Shown here piece after piece: positions 26,357 to 38,938 of a DNA stretch of 64,000 bases. Source of the stretch: Candidatus Altarchaeum sp. GTDB taxonomy: Archaea; Altiarchaeota; Altiarchaeia; Altiarchaeales; Altiarchaeaceae. The stretch covers positions 13,791 through 77,790 of the forward strand of contig JAGWDQ010000044.1 in NCBI GenBank assembly GCA_018260615.1. Reading direction: 5' to 3'. The notes below the pieces were generated by a model that saw only the letters and a program-made list of their open reading frames with translations, was not told the DNA's origin and did no database searches. A program made the translations under genes and the position numbers. Every line of letters starts with the position of its first letter. Within the stretch, counting starts at the first letter, position 1.

Positions 26357-27535
26357 TTAATTATACTCCGCATTTATCTTAACATAATCATAAGTCAAAT
26401 CACACCCCCACGCCGTTGCATTGTTTTCCCCTTCATTTAAATTTAGCAAAATCCTTATATTTTTTGCCTTCATTATACTCCAATCATCTAACTTCATTGC
26501 ATCTCCCTTTTCCAAAATTTTTACCAATTTATTGTTATCCATATCCTCAAATTTCAAATCAACATTATCAAAATTTATTTTCGCAACACTTCCCGCTGCA
26601 CTGATTATTCTTCCCCAGTTTAAATTTTCCCCGAAAAATGCGGATTTAACTAAATTTGAATTCACTATTGTCAGTGCAATCTTTATCGCTTTGCTCTTTG
26701 TATTTGCACCTTCAACGACAACCTCTAAAAATTTAGTCGCCCCTTCACCATCCGCAACAACCTTTTTTGCCAGTTCCTGTGTTGAGAATTTAAGCAAAAA
26801 TTTAAAGTCATCAGCGCTGCAGGTTTTTGTTGCATCGGAAAGTAAAATAATGCAGTCATTTGTGCTCATACATCCGTCAACAGAAATCATATTGAATGAT
26901 TCGCCAACTGATTCCTTTAAGCATTGAGCCAAAATTTTGGAATTGTTTGCCCCTAAATTTGCGTTTGTTGTTAAAAAACACAGCATCGTTGCCATATTCG
27001 GAGCAATCATTCCTGCACCTTTGCAAATCCCGCCTATTTTTATTCCTTTGTATTCGTAACAAATTTCCTTAAATTTCGTATCCGTTGTCATTATCGCTTT
27101 GTTTGCATTTCGGGAAGAAATTTCATTAATGTCTAAATCATTCACAATTTTTCTTATTTTTTCAATGTCCATTCGTTTTCCGATAATTCCCGTTGATTCG
27201 CATAAAATTTGAGCGGGATTGCTCTTCAGTTTTTCGGCTGCAATTTTGCACATTTCTCTGACATCGGCAAGTCCTTCTTTTATGCAGGCGTTTGCGTTTC
27301 CGGAATTGGCAATTATTGCCTTAAATTTTTGTCTCCGCTTTAGTTGTGCTATGTCGTATTTCACAGGATTTGCCTTTATTGAGTTTTTTGTAAATACTGC
27401 GGCACAATCGCACAGGTCATCATTCCATATTAAAGATACTCCGTATTTTTCGGTTTTGATTCCGTTCGCCTTAAATTTGTTTATGCATATTCCGTCATTG
27501 CAGGAATTTATTTGTTTTATGTTTGCTCTGCTCAT
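26357..27535 (-). CDS. argJ: Bifunctional ornithine acetyltransferase / N-acetylglutamate synthase
   Basis: Autoproteolytic site 'PNMATMLCFLTTNA', 392 aa. Confidence 0.85.
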   Translation of the reverse strand: MSRANIKQINSCNDGICINKFKANGIKTEKYGVSLIWNDDLCDCAAVFTKNSIKANPVKYDIAQLKRRQKFKAIIANSGNANACIKEGLADVREMCKIAAEKLKSNPAQILCESTGIIGKRMDIEKIRKIVNDLDINEISSRNANKAIMTTDTKFKEICYEYKGIKIGGICKGAGMIAPNMATMLCFLTTNANLGANNSKILAQCLKESVGESFNMISVDGCMSTNDCIILLSDATKTCSADDFKFLLKFSTQELAKKVVADGEGATKFLEVVVEGANTKSKAIKIALTIVNSNLVKSAFFGENLNWGRIISAAGSVAKINFDNVDLKFEDMDNNKLVKILEKGDAMKLDDWSIMKAKNIRILLNLNEGENNATAWGCDLTYDYVKINAEYN

Positions 27536-27949
27536 TTTGTTAAAATTTTATAAAATTTATATCTCCGCTTCCAACAAATTTATAATAACATAATTTATTG
27601 TGATTGCTTAACTGCGTTAAATTTTTATCCTCGCTCAAATATTCGGGCATTTTAACTATTCATAAGTTGTATTCCTTTTTGATTCATTTCATTCCTTTTA
27701 AAATTTCTCTTATTGCCAGCAAATCTAATTTTGACTGTGGTTTTATTGTCTCATTAACGCATTCGGCAAATAAAATATTGTTCTTAACTAAATACATCTT
27801 TGTTACTTCGTCAATGTCATCATCAAAAATTTTATCTTTTTCACCAAACATTTTAAGTGTTGAAATTACATCATTATAATCAACCTTATAAGGTGTTTTA
27901 TCAAAAACGACTTCACTTCCAAATCTCTTGAGCTTCCTTATTGTATCCT

Positions 27950-28789
27950 TTATCTCTTTTTTCTGCTTTCCAGCATTGCTTCTGTTTCAGTTATAACATC
28001 GCCACCTCTATTTTTTGCATCAATTATTCTGAGCAAATGTGCAGGTTTCCCGCCTGTGTTGTTATATACATTTTCCTGCTCCTCCTCGCTAAAATTATGT
28101 TTTTTTAGGAATTTTTTTGTTGTTTCTTCATCAAAATTATCTATTAACAAATATCTGCACCTGTCTTTAAGTATTGCTTCATTATAGACCCTTTCAATAA
28201 ATAAAGAGTCAGAAGATAAAGCAAAAACATGACAAATATGTAATTCTTTTGTTAAGCGAATGAAGAAATTAAATAATTTATAAATTACTTTTCCGTTAAT
28301 TTCAAGGTCCCCTATAACCTGCAGTTCATCAATGATCAAAATCGGAATCTTTGTTTCACTTATTTTTAAAAAATACTCCTCCAAAAATTCAAAAACATCC
28401 TCAGAACTTTTGGTTTCAAGAAATCCGTCAAGCATATCTTTTTCTATCGGAATGCCTGACAGGTATCTTCCTGCCAGTACAAGTGCCTTTTTAGCGAGCT
28501 TTTCGCCTTTTTCTATTACCTTTTCAGAGATTTCTTTTCTCTTAACTTTGAATAATACCCTCACAAATCCGCCGTATTCTTTTATAAGTTTTCCCCGCAG
28601 ATTTATGTAAAAAACAACATATTTATCTTTTGGCAAGTCATCAATCAATTTTTGAATTAAAGTCGTCTTTCCTGAATTTATAGGGCCGTAGATGAAATTT
28701 ATCTCCCGCGGTTCTTGCCTTAAAATGTGCAAAATTTCTTCTTTTTCCTTTTCCCTGTCAAAAAATTCAGTCCTTTGAATGCCTTTCAT
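27950..28789 (-). CDS. Arch_ATPase-family (COG1672-like) P-loop ATPase, probably truncated/frameshifted copy (C-terminal remnant continues in 27650-27950)
   Basis: 'GPINSGKTTLIQKLIDD', 'IIDELQVIGD'; ~190 aa identical to 28991-30094 paralog; downstream minus-strand region encodes '...YLVKNNILFAECVNETIKPQSKLDLLAIREILKGM' homologous to paralog C-terminus. Confidence 0.6.
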   Translation of the reverse strand: MKGIQRTEFFDREKEKEEILHILRQEPREINFIYGPINSGKTTLIQKLIDDLPKDKYVVFYINLRGKLIKEYGGFVRVLFKVKRKEISEKVIEKGEKLAKKALVLAGRYLSGIPIEKDMLDGFLETKSSEDVFEFLEEYFLKISETKIPILIIDELQVIGDLEINGKVIYKLFNFFIRLTKELHICHVFALSSDSLFIERVYNEAILKDRCRYLLIDNFDEETTKKFLKKHNFSEEEQENVYNNTGGKPAHLLRIIDAKNRGGDVITETEAMLESRKKR

Positions 28790-28990
28790 GTTCTATAAAT
28801 TTAATTCTATAATTTGTTATTTTGCATAAAGATTTATCAATTTGGTTTATATCTCAAAATGTGTAAAATTTTAATATTTTACTTTCCCTGTCAAAAAATT
28901 CAATTATCAGAAGGTTGTTTGTGTTCATAGTTTATTTAAATTTATTCCATAGTAACAATCTTATCAATCAAAGCAAACACATCAAATAAA

Positions 28991-30094
28991 TTATTTTATT
29001 TCCTTTAAAATTTCTCTTATCGCGGTCAGGATGATTTTTGATTGTGGTTTTATTATTCCGCTCTTTGAATTCACAAACAATATGTTTCTATTAACCAGAT
29101 ATATTTTCTCAGGTCTGCTTATTTCCACATCCTCTGTTTCTTCTTTATCTTTAAACTTCTTTAACACATCTATTATTTTGTGCCTTTCAACAGGTATTTT
29201 CTCCTTTCCTATTTCTATTTTTGGTTTTACATATAATAATTCATCCAGCATGTCTATCAAAAAACGCTTTTTCTCATCAGTCGTTTCCTTCATGAAAATT
29301 GTAATATCTTTATTTTGTGCCAGTAATTTTATTAAGTCCCCCGGCTTCCCGCCAAAATACTGAATAGCAATATCTGTATCTCCGAAGTTATATTTTTCCA
29401 AAAATTTTCTCGCGGTTTCTTTATCAAAATCATCAACTAACAAATAGTTTGTCCTTCCTTCGAGCATTGCTTCGGCATAAACCCTTTCAATAAATAATGA
29501 ATCAGAAGATAAAGCAAAAACATGACAAATATGTAATTCTTTTGTTAAGCGGATGAAGAAATTAAATAATTTATAAATTGCTTTTCCGTTAATTTCAAGG
29601 TCCCCTATAACCTGCAGTTCGTCAATGATCAAAATCGGAATCTTTGTTTCACTTATTTTTAAAAAATACTCCTCCAAAAATTCAAAAACATCCTCAGAAC
29701 TTTTGGTTTCAAGAAATCCGTCAAGCATATCTTTTTCTATCGGAATGCCTGACAGGTATCTTCCTGCCAGTACAAGTGCCTTTTTAGCGAGCTTTTCGCC
29801 TTTTTCTATTACCTTTTCAGAGATTTCTTTTCTCTTAACTTTGAATAATACCCTCACAAATCCGCCGTATTCTTTTATAAGTTTTCCCCGCAGATTTATG
29901 TAAAAAACAACATATTTATCTTTTGGCAAGTCATCAATCAATTTTTGAATTAAAGTCGTCTTTCCTGAATTTATAGGGCCGTAGATGAAATTTATCTCCC
30001 GCGGTTCTTGCCTTAAAATGCTCAATATTTCCTCCTTTTCTCTTTCCCTGTTAAAAAATTCAATGGAATGTTCAAATTTTTCAGTTGCATTCAT
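28991..30094 (-). CDS. Arch_ATPase-family (COG1672-like) P-loop ATPase, full-length paralog
   Basis: Walker A 'GPINSGKTT', Walker B 'LIIDELQ'; 367 aa; tandem duplicate of 27950-28789. Confidence 0.65.
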   Translation of the reverse strand: MNATEKFEHSIEFFNREREKEEILSILRQEPREINFIYGPINSGKTTLIQKLIDDLPKDKYVVFYINLRGKLIKEYGGFVRVLFKVKRKEISEKVIEKGEKLAKKALVLAGRYLSGIPIEKDMLDGFLETKSSEDVFEFLEEYFLKISETKIPILIIDELQVIGDLEINGKAIYKLFNFFIRLTKELHICHVFALSSDSLFIERVYAEAMLEGRTNYLLVDDFDKETARKFLEKYNFGDTDIAIQYFGGKPGDLIKLLAQNKDITIFMKETTDEKKRFLIDMLDELLYVKPKIEIGKEKIPVERHKIIDVLKKFKDKEETEDVEISRPEKIYLVNRNILFVNSKSGIIKPQSKIILTAIREILKEIK

Positions 30095-30318
30095 TTTATC
30101 TTTTTGTTTTTATTTATTTCTGTTAAAATTATTGTTCGGTAACAATATGAGCAATTAAAGCAAAGACATCAGGTAAATTTATCATTGTATTATCTCTTTA
30201 AAATTTCTCTGATTGCTAGAATGTTAAGATGTGACTACGGTTTTATTATTTTTCTCATTGAATCAATATGCTCTGATAAATTTAAATTTTAACATTAAAT
30301 TTTAACACAAATAAAATT

Positions 30319-32298
30319 TTAATCCCGCGAAATTTTCTCAAAAAACCTTTTTATATAAATTTCCGGTTTTTCTGTAACAATCTGTGCAAAATCCTTCGGC
30401 AGACATTTTGAAAAATTCTGCCATTTATACCTTTCATCAAGCAACACAATTACTCCCCTGTCACTCTCGCTCCTTATACCTCGTCCCGCCGCCTGTACTA
30501 CTTTATTCATTGCAGGATAAATATAACCATACTTCCAGCCGGCATTAAATTTTTTATCATAATATTCAATCAATGCTTTCGTTTCCAAATCAGGAAAGTC
30601 CAGTGGCAGCCCTACAACAATAACCGCACTGAGTAAATTATTCGCATAATCAATACCTTCCGAAAGCGAGCCGGCAAGCACTGCACACAGCACAGCACCG
30701 CCCGAATTTTTAAAAGGGATTAATTTTTTGTAAAGTTCCATGCGGTCTTCCTTTGTCATATCCTGCTGCTCAAGTAAAATTGGTTTCGCAAAGGTGAAAT
30801 TTTTATCTGATTTGTCCTGTATCTCTTTCATAAAAAAAGAAATTTTGTTTAAAATTTTATAAGAAGGAAAGAAAATTGCAATATTTCCATCAACATGTTT
30901 TAAAATTTCGTTTATGTTTTCAGCATATTTTTTGAACATTTCCTCGCTCCGCATTTCATACTTCGTAGTTAAGCCCTCAACAACCATAACTAATTTATTT
31001 TCCTTTGGAAACGGTGATTTATACTCTTTCAGCATGGCTCTTTTATCAGGAATTCCCAATATATCCTTATACATCTCCAGCGGGATTAATGTTCCGCTCA
31101 TTAAAACAGCCGAATGACAGGCATTAAAAATTTCCGATGTTGAAATTGACGGGTCAAGACAATTACAATATAAAGAAAAATAGTCCCTGTATCTTCCTGT
31201 TGCATCCTTTCTTATTTCTTTCTTCAGTATTCTGGCAAAACCCGGTTCGGACATATTCCAGCTTCCGAGAAATTTACCTGTTATTTTCAGATATGAACGA
31301 TATCGGTTTGGTGTTTTTAAAATTTCCGCGCCTGTGTAATCAGTATCATTTACAAAATCATCGTAGTTCCAGTTAGCAGGTCCGTCAATTTTACGGATGT
31401 GTTTTTCAACTGCGGCAACAAATTTATCCTTTTCCATAAAAATTTCATTGTTGTTGTCCAGTTCCTTTCCAAACAGGACTAAAATTTTTTTTAAATTTAA
31501 AACGGCCTCCTGCAGATAAATTTTACCGACATTTTCCGCCTCTTTGCCTGCTCTGTCAATTGAAAATTCGCTGATGGAATGACTTAAAAGAGACATGAGT
31601 CGTTCGGGCAGATTATGTGATTCGTCAATTATGATGATTGAATCGTTCAGTTCTTTGCCAATCCTTGTTAAGAATGTATCCCTGACTGTTTTTGAAAATA
31701 TGTGGAAGTAATCACAAATTATTACATTTGCATCTTTTGCACATTCAATAATAATTTCATAAGGACATATATTGTGTCTGCTGCACAGTTCTTTTACTTC
31801 TTCGCTGTGCATTATAGAATTTTTGAGCTTATTCTTAATTCCATCGGCAATATTGCTTTCATTTTTTTTGGGATGCGCGTTTTTGTAAAACTCACATTCT
31901 TCATGTTCCTTTTTTGCCTTGCAGAATTCATTAAATTCATTACTTGAAATGTCTTCTGTATCCGGATACATGCACATCCATTGCTTTCCTATTATATCAA
32001 CGGCAATAAATTTTAGAGCGTACTTTTCTTTTATTTTTTTTAGTGTTTCTATAACGATTTCGTGCTGTGTGTGTTTCGGAGTAAGAAAAAAAATAACCTT
32101 GTTGTTTTTTAATCCGTAGTTAAGCATTCCGCCAAGAGAGGCAGCTGTTTTCCCGATTCCCGTTGGTGCGTGAGCGAGTAAAATTTTTCCTTCGTTAACT
32201 GCGGTATTAACATCATTCAAAAATTCCTTTTGACCGTCACGGATATTTGAATAAGGAAATAATATATCTGAATTTGATATATCTGACTTTTGGGGCAT
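30319..32298 (-). CDS. XPD/Rad3-family Fe-S helicase
   Basis: 'LLAHAPTGIGKTAASL', 'IIIDESHNL', 4-Cys FeS domain (C..C..C..C between Walker motifs), C-terminal 'AAGRGIRSESDRGVIVLLDERY'. Confidence 0.75.
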   Translation of the reverse strand: MPQKSDISNSDILFPYSNIRDGQKEFLNDVNTAVNEGKILLAHAPTGIGKTAASLGGMLNYGLKNNKVIFFLTPKHTQHEIVIETLKKIKEKYALKFIAVDIIGKQWMCMYPDTEDISSNEFNEFCKAKKEHEECEFYKNAHPKKNESNIADGIKNKLKNSIMHSEEVKELCSRHNICPYEIIIECAKDANVIICDYFHIFSKTVRDTFLTRIGKELNDSIIIIDESHNLPERLMSLLSHSISEFSIDRAGKEAENVGKIYLQEAVLNLKKILVLFGKELDNNNEIFMEKDKFVAAVEKHIRKIDGPANWNYDDFVNDTDYTGAEILKTPNRYRSYLKITGKFLGSWNMSEPGFARILKKEIRKDATGRYRDYFSLYCNCLDPSISTSEIFNACHSAVLMSGTLIPLEMYKDILGIPDKRAMLKEYKSPFPKENKLVMVVEGLTTKYEMRSEEMFKKYAENINEILKHVDGNIAIFFPSYKILNKISFFMKEIQDKSDKNFTFAKPILLEQQDMTKEDRMELYKKLIPFKNSGGAVLCAVLAGSLSEGIDYANNLLSAVIVVGLPLDFPDLETKALIEYYDKKFNAGWKYGYIYPAMNKVVQAAGRGIRSESDRGVIVLLDERYKWQNFSKCLPKDFAQIVTEKPEIYIKRFFEKISRD

Positions 32299-32309
32299 TG
32301 TAATTTTAC

Positions 32310-33479
32310 TTATCTGACATTATCTAAACCTCCCGATAAACCTGAATTTTGACCGCTTTTAATTTCTTCGGCCATAGTTATCCCTTTATCTTCTTTTTCC
32401 GATTCCTTTTCTTTCATTAATGAAAATGCGTAAGCAAGGGCAAAAACCGACAGGATAAAAGGACTAATGAAAATATTTAAAACGATTGTAAAAATTTCCG
32501 CAAAAAGGTATAAAGAAAATGAAGGATGCATCGCATTGGCAAATGAGAACATAAATGAAGGAATGGAAGCAGCCATCATAATAACTATATAAATTACCAG
32601 CAACAGACAGAAATTTGCAGTATTGTCTTTTGTAAAATTTAAGGTCTTTTTTATTGCGTCTGTTACATTTATATTATCATTTAACACAATGACAGACGGA
32701 AGTATGTATGTAATTGCAGAAATTACTATGTATGTAATGAACACCAGAGCAAAAGAAATGACTATAAAAAGAATAAAAAAAAGTATGAGAAAGATAAGTG
32801 ATAAAACAGGACTGATGAATCCGGTGGCGATACCTAAAATCAAAAGAATAATTGCACCAATTATTCCTGTTGTGTAAAATTTTCTGAATTTTTTTGAGAG
32901 GATATAATGACCGAAGGCGAGTAATATAATTGCCTGAGCAATAAACATAATAAATGCAATGAGCATCATACCTGCTGCACTTCCTAAATTCATGGTTGAA
33001 TACGAATCTGTCGAAGCAATGGAACCAATGGCAAAAAGATACAACAACATTCCGATAATTCCGGGAAGGAAAAACAAAATATTTGCCGCCAAAACTGCGA
33101 ATATAGCAACAAAGCCCTTTGTCAGTGCTGTTTTTACCATATCTGAAATTTTTGTGGTCTCTCCGCGCAAATAGTCCTTTACTGCTCTCAGTCCTGCAAC
33201 ATTAGCAAGAACTGCAAGAAAGGATAGAAAAGTTGCCCATACTATTATTAAAAGCATATAGTCCGCAAATTTCTTAAAAAAATAACTGTCATAACCTCCC
33301 GCAGAAGTTGTGTAAAATGCAGTGGATGAGTATGAACTTTGAGATGTAAATTCAAACACTGGTTTTGCAATGAGCAAAAAACTTAAGACCGAAATTATCC
33401 CCAAGACAATAAACGGGACAAATATTGCTTTGTTCTTTTTTAATACATCAAAGCCCTTTCCTAAAGTATAAGATAACAT
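32310..33479 (-). CDS. Polytopic membrane protein of unknown function
   Basis: ~8 predicted TM helices; 389 aa. Confidence 0.4.
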   Translation of the reverse strand: MLSYTLGKGFDVLKKNKAIFVPFIVLGIISVLSFLLIAKPVFEFTSQSSYSSTAFYTTSAGGYDSYFFKKFADYMLLIIVWATFLSFLAVLANVAGLRAVKDYLRGETTKISDMVKTALTKGFVAIFAVLAANILFFLPGIIGMLLYLFAIGSIASTDSYSTMNLGSAAGMMLIAFIMFIAQAIILLAFGHYILSKKFRKFYTTGIIGAIILLILGIATGFISPVLSLIFLILFFILFIVISFALVFITYIVISAITYILPSVIVLNDNINVTDAIKKTLNFTKDNTANFCLLLVIYIVIMMAASIPSFMFSFANAMHPSFSLYLFAEIFTIVLNIFISPFILSVFALAYAFSLMKEKESEKEDKGITMAEEIKSGQNSGLSGGLDNVR

Positions 33480-33660
33480 TTTATTTATTCTAAAATTATG
33501 TTTTCAAAACAAATATAATATGAAAATATAAAAATTTGAAATTTGTTTATTTTGGGCTTTTTAAAGTTATTGATGTGTAAAGGTAAAAATTTATTTATCA
33601 ACCCGTGACAAAATGTCACGACTTCGCTTCCTTATTCTGTCAGCCGTTGTTTCAATTTTC

Positions 33661-35826
<2,166 letters not shown>

Positions 35827-35914
35827 TCAATGGACATCCAAAAATCAGATTATGTCCCGTAATAAATCTGCAAAAATCCCATATTTTGGCAAATTTTTGT
35901 ATTTATTGTTTTGA

Positions 35915-36520
35915 TCAGATATTTTCTAACATATTAGCTTCGGTTAAAGCACTAATTATGTCTTTATTAACCTTCTCTATAGATTTATCTCCTTTAATAT
36001 ATGTCACAACAAGATTATTTTCAGACTGCATGCTTTTTAAAATTTTTAAGTAATTTTCCTTTACGAGCTTTAGTTGTTCAATATTTTCATAAAGTTCTAT
36101 GTGGTCTCTGTTGTGAATAATTCTTTCAATGCATGTCTCGGGTTTGACATCCAAAAAGAGCACCATGTCCGGCTTTCTTGCATACCTGTTTATTTCAATG
36201 AGAAAATTTAAATCAATTGTCTGTGATTGATAGGTAAAATTTGAAATATAATATCTGTCAGAAATCACATAATCATAATGAGCAAATTTTATATTTGCCA
36301 GATGGTCTGTTCTGTCAGCAGCAAATAACAGCGCCAATGTCATCTCATCAAATTTTATCCGTTTTCTTAAGGTATTTCTTATAAGCATTCCAATCAGCCC
36401 ATCCGTTGGTTCTTTTGTCAGTAAGACCTTTTTGCCATTCATGAGCAGATATTCCTTGAGCAGATGGGATTGAGTACTCAATCCGCTTCCGTCAATTCCC
36501 TCAAAAACGATAAATTTCAT
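35915..36520 (-). CDS. tmk: Thymidylate kinase
   Basis: 'FIVFEGIDGSGLSTQ' P-loop, 'DRY' motif; 201 aa. Confidence 0.8.
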   Translation of the reverse strand: MKFIVFEGIDGSGLSTQSHLLKEYLLMNGKKVLLTKEPTDGLIGMLIRNTLRKRIKFDEMTLALLFAADRTDHLANIKFAHYDYVISDRYYISNFTYQSQTIDLNFLIEINRYARKPDMVLFLDVKPETCIERIIHNRDHIELYENIEQLKLVKENYLKILKSMQSENNLVVTYIKGDKSIEKVNKDIISALTEANMLENI

Positions 36521-36547
36521 AAATTATAAATAATAAATTTCAAAATC

Positions 36548-36700
36548 TTATCTTGCTAAAATTGTCTTTGAAATAGGCGGTCTCTTTTTAAACCACAAAT
36601 CCGAGCCCCTTGTTTTACACTTTATACATTTCATCCTGTTTCGCTTTATTTCTTCGTAAGTGTTCTCATTTCCGCATCGCAAACATACATACTCTGACAT
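36548..36700 (-). CDS. Small zinc-ribbon protein, RpoP(Rpo12)-like (50 aa)
   Basis: Translated from minus strand: 'MSEYVCLRCGNENTYEEIKRNRMKCIKCKTRGSDLWFKKRPPISKTILAR' with CxxC...CxxC; not in ORF track (<60 aa). Confidence 0.45.
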   Translation of the reverse strand: MSEYVCLRCGNENTYEEIKRNRMKCIKCKTRGSDLWFKKRPPISKTILAR

Positions 36701-36746
36701 GTTCAATAAAATTAATATCCGAATTTTTAAATTTTTTATTAAATTT

Positions 36747-36983
36747 TTAAATTTTTTTTATAACCTGTGAGGTATAAGCACCGCCTGCAAATTTTACTTT
36801 ACATCCTCCGCACTTCCATATTCCCGCTTCCAGCCGGACAACTTTTTTCTTTCCGCATTTCGGACATTCATGCATTTGCTTGCTGGCATCTTCTATTGCA
36901 TTTACATCTTCTTTTGTTCTTTTTCCTATTCTTGCGCCAAATCTCCCGCATCTTCCGGCCTTCTTTGTGTGACTATAAACCAT
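36747..36983 (-). CDS. rpl37ae: 50S ribosomal protein L37Ae (eL43)
   Basis: 'CPKCGKKKVVRLEAGIWKCGGCKVKFAGGAY' zinc ribbon. Confidence 0.85.
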   Translation of the reverse strand: MVYSHTKKAGRCGRFGARIGKRTKEDVNAIEDASKQMHECPKCGKKKVVRLEAGIWKCGGCKVKFAGGAYTSQVIKKI

Positions 36984-37130
36984 CTTATATTTTGTTAATA
37001 ATTTTGTTAATAAAATTTTCGTAATATATTTGTTTTTTAAATTTAAATTTCAACATAAATTTCAACAACTTAAAAATTTGTTGTCTAATACTAAATTTAT
37101 TATATACAATAAAATAAGCAAAATAATTAA

Positions 37131-37853
37131 ATGGAAAATTTTTCGGTGATTTTGGTTGAGCCGATTTACGGAGGAAACATCGGCTCGGTTGCAAGGGTTA
37201 TGATGAATTTCGGATTCAAAAATTTAGTGATGGTAAATCCGCCCTTAACCGGAATTGATGCAATGAAATTTGCGGTTCATGCAAAGGAAATTGTCCAGAA
37301 TGCAAAAATTTTTAAGTCCTTTGACGAAATGGCGGAAAATTTTGATTTATTAATCGGTACAAGTGCAGAAATTGCAGGGGGTAAAAATTTTATCAGAACG
37401 CCGATTTCTTCTGCCAAAATCGGAAATGTGGTTAATGCTGATGGAAATATAGGACTCGTATTCGGAAGAGAGGACTTCGGATTGTCTGATAAGGAAATAG
37501 AAAAATGCGATATTCTTGTTACAATTCCTACGGATAAAACTTATAAGTCGTTAAATTTATCTCATTCCGTAGCAGTCATTCTTTATGAGCTTGTGAGGGA
37601 AAAAAATTTAAGGGGAGCAAATTTGAAAAAGATGAAGCTAGCAAATAAAACTGAAAGAGATGTTATGCTTGAAAAATTCACGGAATTAGTCAGTGTGTTT
37701 GAGCTGGGGGACTTCAGAACACGACTTATAAGAAAGACATTTAGAATAGTTACCGGAAGGTCATTTGTATCCGGGAGAGAGTGCAACACGCTTACAGGCG
37801 TTTTCAGGCGTGCCCGCGAGCTGATTGAAAAACAAAAAAAGGAAAATATCTGA
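37131..37853 (+). CDS. SpoU/TrmJ-family RNA 2'-O-methyltransferase
   Basis: N-terminal 'VILVEPIYGGNIGSVARVMMNFGF', SPOUT fold motifs 'LVFGREDFGL'; 240 aa. Confidence 0.6.
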   Translation: MENFSVILVEPIYGGNIGSVARVMMNFGFKNLVMVNPPLTGIDAMKFAVHAKEIVQNAKIFKSFDEMAENFDLLIGTSAEIAGGKNFIRTPISSAKIGNVVNADGNIGLVFGREDFGLSDKEIEKCDILVTIPTDKTYKSLNLSHSVAVILYELVREKNLRGANLKKMKLANKTERDVMLEKFTELVSVFELGDFRTRLIRKTFRIVTGRSFVSGRECNTLTGVFRRARELIEKQKKENI

Positions 37854-37879
37854 ATTAGTTATCGGATAAAAGAATGAAT

Positions 37880-38105
37880 ATCGTACCGGAAAGTTCGTTT
37901 TATGAGCCTCACACGGAGACACAGAGACACAAAGGGGTTATATTCTGTAATCCGGTGACTTTGTGGCTTTTAAAAATTTCACAAATTTTTAAAGATTGAA
38001 AATCTTACAGATTTTCAGTATTTTCAAAACCCAAAGGTTTTGAAAATCTCCGAGCAACAGCGAGGTGAACAGCGAGGTTATTGTGTGAAGATTATTCTGA
38101 TTTTT
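37880..38105. repeat. Composite intergenic repeat element (long-hairpin 'GAGCCTCACACGGAGACACAGAGACACAAAGG...GTGACTTTGTGGC' module + TTTTGAAAATC modules)
   Basis: Matches 54717-54830 and (inverted) 60400-60528; ends 'attattctgatttttt' like 54815-54830. Confidence 0.7.
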
Positions 38106-38201
38106 TAATTGATTTGTCTGAATTACTTATTTATTTATAATCCTAATATCTAAAACAAAATATAAATATACAAAGCATTAACATAATAAATATAAGTAAG
38201 G

Positions 38202-38885
38202 ATGGTTACGGAAAAGAAAGAAAAAGAAGGGAAAGTACCTGCATCCGGAAAGGAAAAAGCAGGAAAGGATGAAAAGACCTCTAAAGAAGCGGTAACTTCA
38301 AAGAGCAAAGAAGCACCGACATCGAAGGGAAAAGAAAAGAAAGAGGTTAAAGCAGCCGGAAAGGAGATCAAAGCGCAGGCACACAGGATTGTCCGACTAT
38401 TAGAATATACATTAAACGGGGATAAAAAAGTAAAAGAGGTAATAAGAGATATTAAAGGTATAAGCCACAGAACTGCATCATTGCTGGCGAAAAATTTAAA
38501 TATGAAAGATAAATTACTTGCGGACTTAAATGATGAGGAAATTTCACATCTGGAAACAGGCCTTAAAAATATAAGTGCTATTGTGCCTTTGTGGATGCTC
38601 AATCACAGAAATGATCAGTTTACCGGCTCAAATTTACACCTTGTCGGAACTGATATGGAAATTGCCCTGAAAAATGATGTTGAATTTATGCAAAAAACAA
38701 AGACCTACAAGGGAATCAGACATACGCAGGGACAACCTGTCAGAGGGCAAAGAACACGAACATCTTTTAGAAAGGGTAAGAGTGTCGGAGTGGTTAAGAA
38801 AAAAGAAGCACCTGCAACAGCAGCAAAAGGAGATGCGGGAAAAAAAGTAGCACCTAAAGGCAAGACAGCCCCTCCGAAAAAGTAA
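38202..38885 (+). CDS. rps13: 30S ribosomal protein S13 (uS13) with ~60-aa K/E-rich N-terminal extension and K-rich tail
   Basis: 'HRIVRLLEYTLNGDKKVKEVIRDIKGISHRTASLLAKNLN', 'KGIRHTQGQPVRGQRTRT'. Confidence 0.85.
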   Translation: MVTEKKEKEGKVPASGKEKAGKDEKTSKEAVTSKSKEAPTSKGKEKKEVKAAGKEIKAQAHRIVRLLEYTLNGDKKVKEVIRDIKGISHRTASLLAKNLNMKDKLLADLNDEEISHLETGLKNISAIVPLWMLNHRNDQFTGSNLHLVGTDMEIALKNDVEFMQKTKTYKGIRHTQGQPVRGQRTRTSFRKGKSVGVVKKKEAPATAAKGDAGKKVAPKGKTAPPKK

Positions 38886-38938
38886 AGTAATAAAAATAAT
38901 AAATTTGTTATTTAATTTTAAGTTAGTTATACTTTAAA

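Noticed and set aside
28332-28610. Identical 92-aa plus-strand ORFs (also 29625-29903) as a duplicated small gene
   Set aside because: Antisense shadows of the duplicated Arch_ATPase genes; identity simply reflects the DNA duplication.
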